Of a stretch of 33,046 nucleotides of DNA, positions 21,219-31,355 are shown in pieces. Below the pieces are notes generated by a model. It searched no databases, was not told where the DNA came from, and saw only the letters and a list, made by a program, of their open reading frames with translations. This DNA comes from Basidiobolus meristosporus CBS 931.73. Its lineage: Eukaryota > Fungi > Basidiobolomycota. The stretch spans positions 1 to 33,046 of the forward strand of contig MCFE01000825.1 in assembly GCA_002104905.1 (NCBI GenBank). Direction: 5' to 3'. A program made the translations under genes and the position numbers. Every line of letters begins with the position of its first letter. The first letter of the stretch is position 1.

Positions 21219-24200
21219 GCCCTCCGGTCAGGACAATCAAAGTGCGGAAGAAGAAGCGTCAACATGATGCTTCTAGAGAGGAGGCAAAGGAACCTGTAGT
21301 AGAGGTTCCGTCAAAAGGAAAGAGCGCAGAATTAGGTGAAGAAGTACGGAATGAACCTTGGGAAGAAGTGTTAAAGCAAACAAAGAACACTAGCACGTCT
21401 TCCCATGGCCTATTCCCCATAATGAAGGTACTAGAGCAAACCAAGGCAACCCTCCCAATAACCAATTTACTGGGACTGGCCCCGGCTCTAGTCAAGGAAC
21501 TGATAGAGGGATTGAAGGAGATAACAACCCTCCATGTCAACCAGACAGTCCTGCAAAAACCGAATAAAGGTACATACGTAAAGGTACGTATAGAGAATAA
21601 GGAGATTCTCGCCCTTATCGACACAGGATCCTCTATGTTGATCATGTCAGAGTCATTAGCAAAACGTCTAAAACTAAATATAGTCCCCAACGACACCATT
21701 CGAGTACGGCTAGCGAATGACCAACTGGATACAATGGTAGGTGTGGTGCCTAATTGCCCCATTTGGCTAGGCAACTTGATAATACGCCAAGATGTTGTGG
21801 TCCTACCCGTTGCAGCCAACGACTTACTCATTGGCAAGAGTTGGTTTATCCAACATAAGATGGATATACTTTACAGTGCATCTGAACTCAGGTGGGATAC
21901 CAAGAGTATCCCACTGATTCATATCACCGATGAGAGCAAGGCGCGTAGCAACAGTGTGACGATCAGAGAGGTGAAACCGTCGCAGTCTCCGATCATCACA
22001 CAAAAGGTGATAAAAATACCACCCGCCAGTGAGACGGTGATCTCATTAGAAACACCAATAGCTTATTCAACGAGCATAAGAATGATAACAGCAGCAAAAG
22101 CATCCGAGCAACTGGAAGGAATCTCAATCCCTAAAGTATGGATACCACCAAAATTTGAAACGCAAAGCCTGAAATGCTTAGTGGTTAACAATGGGCAACA
22201 CACGGTGACATTGCCTAGAGGAGTGCCATTGTTAAACTGAGAGGAAGTTGACGGAAACAACCAAGGACCACCTCCAAACGAAGAACCAGAAGAAGAACTC
22301 CCCAAACTAGATGTGGACCCCGGTCTACCGCCTACGTTACAAGACAAATTCCTAGAAGGAATACGTCCACTTGCCCAAGTATTCTCTAAGAACCAAGTAA
22401 TTGGTCATATACCTGGGGTATATCACCAAATCCACCTTGCCGACAAATACCCCATCAAGCAAAAAGCCTATAGGAATTCAAAAATTGACACAGACTATAT
22501 CAAAGAGACAATTGAAACTTTATTAAAAGACATCATTACAGAGAGCCAGTCTCCGTGGGCCTCCCCCGTAGTGATAGTCCCGAAGAAAGACGGAAAGCGA
22601 CGCTTTTGCATTGACTACCGGAAATTGAACGCCGTCACCCGGAAGGACGTGTATCCGCTACCGCAAATAGACAACCTCTTGGACAGATTAATTGGAGCTA
22701 AATATTTTAGCTCTCTTGACTTAATCTCCGGGTATTGGCAAGTAGAAGTAGCCCCGGAAGATTGACCCAAAACCGCTTTTGTAACATTGTTTGGATTATA
22801 CAAATGGAACCGACTACCCTTTGGCTTGTGCAATGCCCCCACTACGTTCCAAAGGATGATTGACAAGGTGCTAGGAAATCTACGATGGGAATGCGCCCTT
22901 GTGTATCTGGACGACATCATGATATATTCCCCCGATGTAGAAGAACATATACACAACGTGCAATGTATCCTGACATCCCTCCTTGAGAACCAACTCAAAC
23001 TACATCCCAAGAAGTGCCATTTCCTGTATACAAAATTGTTGTTCCTGGGCCACGAGATCTCGGCAGATGGAATATACCCATCTACGTCACTCCTGAAAGC
23101 CATTCAAAATGCACCTGCACCAAAGGACATTAATGCAGTGTTGGGATTCCTAGGATTAGCCGGCTACTATTGCCGCTATGTCAAAAACTTCGCAACAATA
23201 GCAGCCCCCCTATACAAATTGACGCAAAAGGGCCAGTGTTTTGTATGGTTGGAGCCTCAAAAGAGAGCATTCAATCAGCTGAAACATTCCCTGACGTCAC
23301 CGCCAGTGTTACAATTTCCCAATTGGGATGCGAGATTTTTTATTAACTGTGATGGAAGCCTCACCGGTATAGGCGCCATACTGGGACAATATCACCAACC
23401 CGGCAAATTCCACCCAATCAGATACATGAGCTGTTTGCTAAACAAACACAAACGCCACTACCCCGTTGCCGAGATAGAATGTCTGGCTGTTGTTTATTCA
23501 ATTAAACAATTCCATACATACATACATGGTCGCCAATTCACAATAGCAACGGACCACAGCGCACTGGTCTGGCTGATGAAAACTAAAGACTTTACCGGCC
23601 AACTAGCACGTTGGGCCCTACAACTACAGCAATACGACTTTGAAATAATTCACCGCGCTGGCAAGAAACACCAGGACGCAGACTTTCTCAGTCGCTATCC
23701 CATTTGCCAAATACGTGTCAGTGATGAGTACGAGGACGTAATCTGCTTTAAAAAAGGGAGGTATCCCAAACACGTCATTACAAACAAACAGAAGAGAGAA
23801 TTTCAAAGGAAATGGTGTCAGTACAAAGTACAAGAAAATTGACTATGGTTCCTCCAAGGACAGTCCAGAGCCGAGGTACCCCCACTAGCAGCCCGTGAAG
23901 AAATCATACAAGAAAGACATATGTCATTAGGACACGCTAACCCCCTAACAACATATAACATGTTAAGAAAAACGTTTTATTGGCAAAAAATGATGACCAA
24001 CGTTATGAATACATTACAAAGATGCACCACTTGCAAAAGATTCAACCGGAGTCAGAAGATAGGGACAACCGCACCAATACCGGTTGACCTGCCCTTCCAC
24101 CAAGTAGGGATTGACTTCGTTGGCCCCTTTATGAAAACAAAGAAAGGAGAACGATACATAATAATTGCTACCGATTATTTCTCAAAGTGGGTAGAAGCCC

Positions 24201-24955
24201 AAGCCGTCTGCAATAAAGATCAGAAGACAACCGCCCAATTCATTCTAGAACACCTCATCTGCCAACAGGGATATCCTCAGATACTCCTGTCCAACAATGG
24301 TGGTTCCTTCCTGAACGACACCGTGGCCCACCTGTGCGAAATGATGGGCTTGAAACAAGTCTTCACGGCCACGTATCACCCCCAGACTAACGGATTAACC
24401 GAGAGGATGAACCAGACGTGTTGCCGCATACTGGAGAAGCTTCACTGGGAACTTCCCCAATCATGGGCCGAGCTGCTCCCACTGACACTCCTAGCAATGC
24501 GCACCACACCGAATAAAACGACAGGTTTCTCCCCATATGAAATCCTATATGGACAAAGACCCAAGTGGCGGGAGGAAGCTGGATTGACGATGGAAGGTGT
24601 CCCCCTGACGACACATAACAACTATATAGAAAGGTTGATACACCATATTGCCCACCTATACATAAAAGTATTTGAAAATGTTGACAAGCACCTTCCCCCT
24701 CCACCCAAAAATGAGAAACTAACGAGACAAAAGTGGAAACCAGGCAATAAGGTGTGGTACAACCAAACCGTTGAAGGCCTCAAGTTCCGCCCACGATTTA
24801 CACCCCAATGGATTGGCCCATGCACCGTTATCAGTTTGGACCACGGACCAAAGTACACCATCACCCTGAATAATAAGACAATCAGCAACATAGCGCCAGC
24901 CCATCTGAAACCGTTTCATGATGATCCACTAATCATCACTGAGACCAAAGTGTGA
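21185..24955 (+). pseudogene. pol: gypsy-1 Pol (PR-RT-RNase H-IN), single frame with three in-frame TGA (22238, 22763, 23840)
   Basis: LIDTGSS (21620), RFCIDYRKLN, LPFGL, YLDD (22904), CDGS/EIE/TDH RNase H, HHCC, GIDFVGP, SNNG (catalytic D>N at 24293), NGLTERMN, GPY/F-like C-terminus, no chromodomain. In the -1 frame relative to gag. Confidence 0.96.
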
Positions 24956-25084
24956 TTAAACGATTATCAGGACAAGGATAGAGGAAGACACGGGATACAT
25001 TTGATGTTTATTAGAGGAGATTTTAGTCGATATAGGTACAAATAATATGCGTGAGGGAGTTCGCCCAAAGGGGAGAACAAAAGA

Positions 25085-26254
25085 ATGCATATGGAAAGCG
25101 CCAAAGGAAACAGTTCACCCAAAACTGGCAATACCCCTCCCACTAGCGAGAACCAAGATGATATCAAAAACAAAACCGACCTGCAAATGTTAAGAGATAT
25201 GGTACAAGCGTTACGTACGACAAGAGCCACCTATGAAGAGTTGTTTGCCGGAGTAGTCATGCTAATACAAGACACAATCAGAGAGTGACGAGACAAGTTA
25301 CCCACGCCAATACAAAGCATGGAGATACTACCCAAGAAGACCATGTACCACCTAAGAGGAGGTTCCTTGATCATTAAGGAGAAGGACACCGTGCTGATTC
25401 CTGTATCCATACTGGACACAGTCAGACAAAAGACACAAGGAATCAACTGTTGCGCCCTCACAAGACCTCAAGAGCCCCCCTGTTTTGTTGCATACTTGCC
25501 ATTAATAGGTACCACGGTTGTTGAGGTATACGCAGACCTGGTACAAGCTGCAAGAGCACCACAAGTAGAACTCCCGATTGAAGGACTCCTCCGAGAAATT
25601 CGGGAACATCTCGAACCACATTTCCAAGAAGGAACCATCTTAGAGAAGATACGCAAACGGATTAAATACACCGGCCAGTTAACCCATGCAATCCACCAAG
25701 TTGCTGTGTTACAACTATTACAGTGGTTTACCATAGGACAACTCAGGAATCAGTACAAAGTCCAACTCCAAGAAGCCAAAGAAACCGCCGCGGATTCTGT
25801 AGAAACCATGAGGCAAGTACAAAAGCGCCTCAATCGCGCCACAGTTTCTACGGAAGAACTACAATACGTCTTGGAAGAAGCAAAAACTCGTTATCAACAA
25901 CGGGTGACTGCCGACCAAGTGTATGCCCTCTTCAAAAGGTCCCCCGCCGTCATATTGAACACAAAAAGGACAAGCCCCAATAACGTTTGCAAGATAAAGA
26001 AGCAAGACTTTATTGCGCTATTGCACCTTTTCTTGTTCTCCAACCCTCCCGAGGAACTTACCCAGAACCCTATGGTTTGCCAACTATTTGGCTCGGTGGA
26101 AAACATCCCTCGAGCAACACAGGCCGCACCCCACTCTGCCGCCAAATGGTATCAGGTACTTGCCCGCAATCCCCTTGTGAGTGACAACCAGCAATGGTAC
26201 TACGGTGACTCCCCATGCTCCGTAAACGAAATCAATCCTGGAGAAGCAAGTTAG
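25085..26254 (+). pseudogene. gypsy-1 ORF3, ~389 codons, unknown function (one in-frame TGA at 25286)
   Basis: ORFs 25085 and 25319 are in the same frame. Lies between the pol stop and the 3' LTR. No signal peptide or transmembrane segment is visible; the centre looks helical/coiled-coil. Confidence 0.75.
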
Positions 26255-26298
26255 TCAAAGAACTTCGAGGACGAAGCTCCCACTTAACCCCCGGGATA

Positions 26299-26684
26299 TG
26301 TGAGTACTCAATGTAGTACCCACTCTTTGCCCAAGAGTTCTCCCAAGAGTTCCCTCCAGAGTCCTACCCAAAGTCCTCCAGTACCCTCCCTATGATTCCC
26401 CCACGCGTCCTCCCCTCCTATCCCTGCCCTTATCTAGTTAGAACACTTACCATAACAGGAAGGTGTTCACACCCCTATTTTATAACACATTGTCTATTGT
26501 CTAAGCCCCCCTAGTGATATATATATCTACCCAATTGAACCAGGAAGAACAACAAGATTTGGATGAAATAAACAGAAGTCTTTATTACCTTGCTACCTTC
26601 TATTGGAAGCTATTCTGAACCAAGTGGTACTGACTTGACCTACAAGCTCTCCCACTCACCAAGTACAGTCAGTAATAACCCACA
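26299..26684 (+). repeat. 3' LTR of gypsy-1
   Basis: Differs from the 5' LTR at 26370, 26512, 26554, 26564 and 26604. Confidence 0.97.
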
Positions 26685-26689
26685 GATTG

Positions 26690-28219
26690 TACATTCATTG
26701 TCAGTTGTAGTAACCAATATAAGTCCCTGTACCCATCACTAAAACTAAGCCCAGCCCCACACTCAATACATAACTCCATAAAAACTACCATTCAATGAGT
26801 AAATCTACTGCAATGTCCTTTTTACATGTCTTTGGCAGCCATCCTGCAGCTTTTGCCACTGCTCATTCTCAGGTTCCTATGTGTCCTGGTCTTCAGCCAG
26901 CACTACAGGGTCTAGCACCACATCAGCCAGTCTCTGCAATATATTCTTGCAATAGTCAGGTGCATTTTCCCAATCACTGTTCTTGAAGAAGAGCTGCAAC
27001 CTCTATGTATGCCTATTAATGTTAAAAAGCTCCACTGTAGGAGTTGTGATAGTCTTTTAGGTTCTTTATGATGTTGCTTTGTCAGTCATCTGGATATCTA
27101 CTTTGACTACAATGGTGGACATGAAGGCAGTGGTAGACAAATTGCCTTTCTCTGCAAACTCATCTACCTCACTTGAGGGTAGCTCAGCTTACTGCACTTC
27201 CAACTCTTGAAAAGTCAGCTGCTTTCTTGGTGGCAATTCTCCTTGACTATGTTGGGGTTCAGCCAGCTCTGAGCTAACAGCTTAAATTGGTGAGAACTGC
27301 AGCTTTTCTTCTGACACTTTCCTCTCTCTGGCATGAGAAGACCTTTTTTCCATACCTCTACCTTTTTCCCTGCCAAATCTTTCACTGCTACTTTGATTGA
27401 GTACATTTTCTCTTTGGTTAATGCTGCACTGGTGTATCCATTGCTGCCTGCTTGCCCTTGTTAGCATTCTCCTGGTAACCTGACATTTCTTTGCTGCATG
27501 CTTGAGCTATCAGCCCTGATTGTGATGTGCTCCAGAGAAAGCAGTAGGTTTTTATCACTGTGAGATCCTTCACTGCTATTGTGACTAAATGGTTCTTGTA
27601 TTGTACATTGTTTTCTCCTAGATGAATGCTGCACTAGTGCATCCATTTTTGCCTGCTTCTCCCTAGCCATCACTCTGACAGGAACCTGACATCTTTTTGC
27701 TGATTGCTTGGAGCTATCAGCCCAGCTGGTGATGGGCTCCTGAAAAGCTACAGGCTTTTGTCACTATCAGGTCCTTGCCTACTAATGAGACTTAGTGCTT
27801 CTTGTATCAAACTACATCTTCTACTTAATATGTACTTCACTGGTGCATCTGTTCAAGCCTGACTGTCCCTCATTAGCACTCTTCTGGCTACCTGATGTTT
27901 CTTTGCTGCTTGTTTGGAGTATTCACCCCAGCTTGTAACACCTTATTGAGGAAGCTGCTGAGTCTTAGCCATTGCATCATTGTTCATTGACCTTTGATAG
28001 CTTCTGCTATTATTGAGATACTTTCTTAGTGCTCCCATTCTGGCCCAAAATACATTGGCACACTTGAATACAGGATAATGCTCCTAGAACAGGCTAAGTG
28101 CATTCTGCTTTGCCTTGAGTTCTTGATGGTCCCAGGTGTGCTTACCTTCAGGTGTTGCAGTGCTAGACTTCTAACTGCTTCTGGAGTATTTGTCCACTCT
28201 TCATCATTGCATGCAATGG
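26690..28219 (-). pseudogene. Accessory gene of CMC copy E (continues at 19730-19918)
   Basis: LEAIACNDEEWTNTPEAVRSLALQHLK/WDHQELKAKQNALSLF*EHYPVFKCANVFWARMGALRKYLNNSRSYQR and DWENAPDYCKNILQRL..VLAEDQD..GWLPKTCKK are homologous to copy A. Confidence 0.65.
27421..27920. repeat. Diverged tandem repeat, ~205-bp period, inside the accessory gene
   Basis: CACT(G/A)GTG.ATC..T...GCCTG anchors at 27427, 27632 and 27838 (the third unit is partial). Confidence 0.75.
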
Positions 28220-30807
28220 CTTCAAGGATCCCTATGAAATATAATTTGGTCCAATAAGTGGATCTGATCTGGATCAGCCATCAGGATCCCATTCAGAGAC
28301 CATCATAGTACTGGCAGCTTGGAGCTAGTGACCCTCTTAACAATCTTATGATGGGATCACAACAGCATTTTGCTAATCTCACTACCAAATAAAGTGATAA
28401 AACTTGACAAAATTTCATTGGTGCTGTGACAATAGTAGCATGGTATTATTGAGGTCTTCTTGCACTTTGCAACTACTTTAAGTGGATCCAGCCAGCCAGG
28501 ACATCCAATTGCCTTATATGGCAGAAACTTGATGGTATCTCAACAGCCTTACAGCAAGACTTTGATAGCATTATTATGGAAGTATGGTGGCCTACAGTTG
28601 GTTTTGTATAATGCTGCCATACCAATTTACCAGATGGCATTTCCTTTTTCTACCTCCCCTTGTACAAATCATATATTCAGCTGTAGAATTGCCCCTCTTT
28701 ATTTGCTTACACACTACTACCTTGTGTATTCCACATATAGCTTGAATAAAAAAACTATGGTCTCCTGCTTACTAACCTCCACAAACACAAACACCTGCTG
28801 CAATTGACATACTTCTATCACCTCAACTTTACGGCTTTTGAGTGTGATACTTGCAAAGTTGACGTATACCTTGTATTGCTGGTAACATTTACTTCTTGCA
28901 AACATATGCTTGGTTGTTGCCACTTCTGCCATGAATACCTCCTGAATATCTGAAAAGAACTTCTTGGTATTTAGCCAATATATTCCTTCTCCCTGCTGGA
29001 TTCTAGTCCCCCTTGTAGGTGCACTCTGGCTTGTGTTTGTGTGAATTCTGTCTTGAAAGGTGTATAAGTTGGCTTGTGACCAAGAGAAATCTAGCATATA
29101 TTGGTAGAGTTTTCCTAATAGAAATCAGTTGCTTGTTGCACCCAACTCAACTTTGCATTACCTAACTGATTACCTATGCATTGGGGCTGCTTAGCTTCTT
29201 ACAGCCATAGGCATAGGTGTCTCCATGTCCACATTTGTCCTCAGTATTTTCCAACACTTCCTGGCAGTTGTCCATATACCAACCCATCACATCCATGATT
29301 GACTTAGAGGTAATATTCTTGATGAGATTGGGATATGGTAGTACCTGCCACTTGACTTGTATTCCTATCTCCCCACATATCTACTCCATAGGAAACTCCC
29401 AAAAGGTGAAGCAAGGCCCAACATTCTGCACACACCATGCAAGATGGAGTAGAGAATGGATATAGAAGGGGCAGAGATCTACATGTTCAGCATTATGTTT
29501 GTAGTATGGCCGCTCAAATTCCGTCACAAACTCCTTGCACAACAGCTGTAAATGCGGCTAGTTTGCATTGGTGATCCTCTTCTAGAAAAATACTCCTACA
29601 ATGTCCACATAAGACTCCCAATACTTCCAATGTACACTTGGTGGGAATGGCTTTAGAATACCACTTGAATAAGCACATATTCAGCTCATCCAGTCTTTGC
29701 ATCTGTATTGTTGCATATGCATATGAATACCAATTGGAGCTGCTGAGAAGTACTTAGGGTAGTAGATACTTGGTAGTATCTTGCCAATTCTTTAAGGTTT
29801 CTCTGGTATCTCAAAGGCCGCATTTAGCTTGAAATGACCCATGTACAACTTGGTCATCAGCATAGGGACATTGTTGAAAAGCAAATGCATTGCTCACAGT
29901 GGAAAGCTTTTGCTCCAACAGACACCCACTCTCTTAAATATCTCTGGTTAACATTTGATCTCATATTCCAGCCAATGGCTTATTGCTTGCCAACTTTGCT
30001 GAAATTGTATGCTGACTGCTCTATGTTCTCTCTGTGGGAAGGTGATTTTCTTAGTGCAGGTGTTTGGGTAATACTAATGTATGTGAGTTATGGAATAAAT
30101 CCCCTGGATCTTGCACGTTTGACAACAATACCATTCATTGTGCTCAGAAAACCTGCTATCTTGCTGATGGCTGGGGTATCTCCAATGCAGAGAATAATAT
30201 GAGCTTTGACATGATGGCCATTTACTGCTATCCTGCTGGAAAGCATAGAAAATACATCCAGCAATGGATACAGGTAGTTATCCCGGTTGGACAATGATTT
30301 AGGCCCAGATACCAGTGAGACTACCATCAGATTATTGCTCTGATACTCTAAGATGGGTGGCAGATTCAGATTGTTGGGAATCAGTGGCCAGCAGGATTTG
30401 CTGGTAGAGTAATTGTTTAATGAGAATCTATCAAGTGCTAAGGCAAAGGCATGGGCATGCATACCTTCAAAGTAGCCCTTGCTTCTTAGCTGTTGGTAAT
30501 ATTTGTCATCAAATATATTAGATGTGATTGCACCTGATTGATACTGAGTGTAGTACTGTATAGCTTTGCAATATTTGTTGGACGGTATTGGCTTCCTCAT
30601 ATGGGGTGTTACCGGAATATATCCAGAGTATGAACAAAGTTTCTCCTGAATGGTAGTGAATACCAGACAATTTGGACTTGTTGCAATGGTAGCATTTTTT
30701 GATGTGAATACCATGCAACAGATAACACATGCTGGAATCAATACAGTCTCTAATCATATGTTGCCAGCCACATTACTGTTGTTCATTTGAACCATGTATG
30801 TGGTAAG
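28220..30807 (-). mobile_element. CMC/EnSpm transposon, copy C (truncated by copia LTR)
   Basis: Begins CCCTATGAAAT exactly where homology of E to A ends; GGATC-core subterminal motifs at 28260, 28271 and 28284; transposase on the minus strand. Confidence 0.8.
28450..30800 (-). pseudogene. Tnp2-family CMC transposase relic, copy C
   Basis: Cys-rich N-terminal DCIDSSMCY..CYHC; NIFDDKYY..FALALDRF..SCWPLIPNNLNLPP..GPKSLSNRDNYLYPLLD..LCIGDTPAISK. Confidence 0.88.
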
Positions 30808-30950
30808 TGTTGCAATTTAGAAGTGATTTGAAAATGAGGAGCTTATCAAGAAATAGTGATAATAGCTGAACCATTGATTATTAATAACAAAGCTCAGTAT
30901 TTATACCTTTGTAGAGGTAATACAGCTGTAACACTAAGTAAGGAGGGTTT
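30808..30950 (-). repeat. Inverted copia-2-family LTR fragment (143 bp)
   Basis: Reverse complement of 31176-31319 (roughly 85% identical); ends abruptly where the + strand LTR starts. Confidence 0.88.
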
Positions 30951-31319
30951 TGTTGAAATATTGGACTATTTGGTATCATTCAGCAGCTAAAAATTTACTT
31001 AACAATTCTAGGCTAGTCTTAGTCACTGTAGGACTCATTTACTGCCTTAACTTTGCCACTTTCTCCAGATATATGATCTTATGATTATTCCCTTATAGTC
31101 AGGATCAAATAAGCACTATTACCAAACATTATGTACTAACCCTGAAACTGTTACAGAATGCTCCTGAATATTGAGAAACCCTCCCTGCTTAGTGTTGCAG
31201 CTGTATTACTTATACAAAGGTATAAATACTGAGCCTCTTTATGAATAAGCAACAGTTCAACTATTATCACTATTTCTTGATAAGTTCCTTATATCCAAAT
31301 CACTTCTTAAATTGCAACA
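30951..31319 (+). repeat. 5' LTR of copia-2 (369 bp)
   Basis: TGTTG...CAACA termini; homolog at 18337-18706; the PBS follows directly. Confidence 0.93.
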
Positions 31320-31355
31320 GGCTATGAGCCCCAATTGCCTTAATCTATTCTAAAG

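Larger units (their letters stand above)
19919..26684 (+). mobile_element. Ty3/gypsy LTR retrotransposon (gypsy-1), full length, young, with a third ORF
   Basis: 386-bp TG...CA LTRs with 5 differences; TSD GATTG (19914-19918 and 26685-26689); PBS; gag, PR-RT-RH-IN and ORF3; no frameshifts within the ORFs. Confidence 0.97.
19564..28219 (+). mobile_element. CMC/EnSpm transposon, copy E (left part), interrupted by gypsy-1 and truncated by copy C
   Basis: Begins CCCTACGAAGAAT; 19575-19918 + 26690-28219 is colinear with copy A 1555-3050. Confidence 0.75.

Noticed and set aside
21259-25734. Antisense ORFs in gypsy-1 (e.g. 21259-21837, 22615-23103, 24387-24704) as extra genes
   Set aside because: They overlap pol/ORF3 on the opposite strand, have no motifs, and are expected shadows of long open frames.
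25085-26254. Calling ORF3 env
   Set aside because: The position fits, but no signal peptide, fusion peptide or transmembrane anchor is visible.
19919-26684. Classical ascomycete CpA-targeted RIP as the main mutator
   Set aside because: Differences in the youngest element are almost all at CpG. Older elements have some TAA/TAG stops, but these cannot be separated from age without a consensus.
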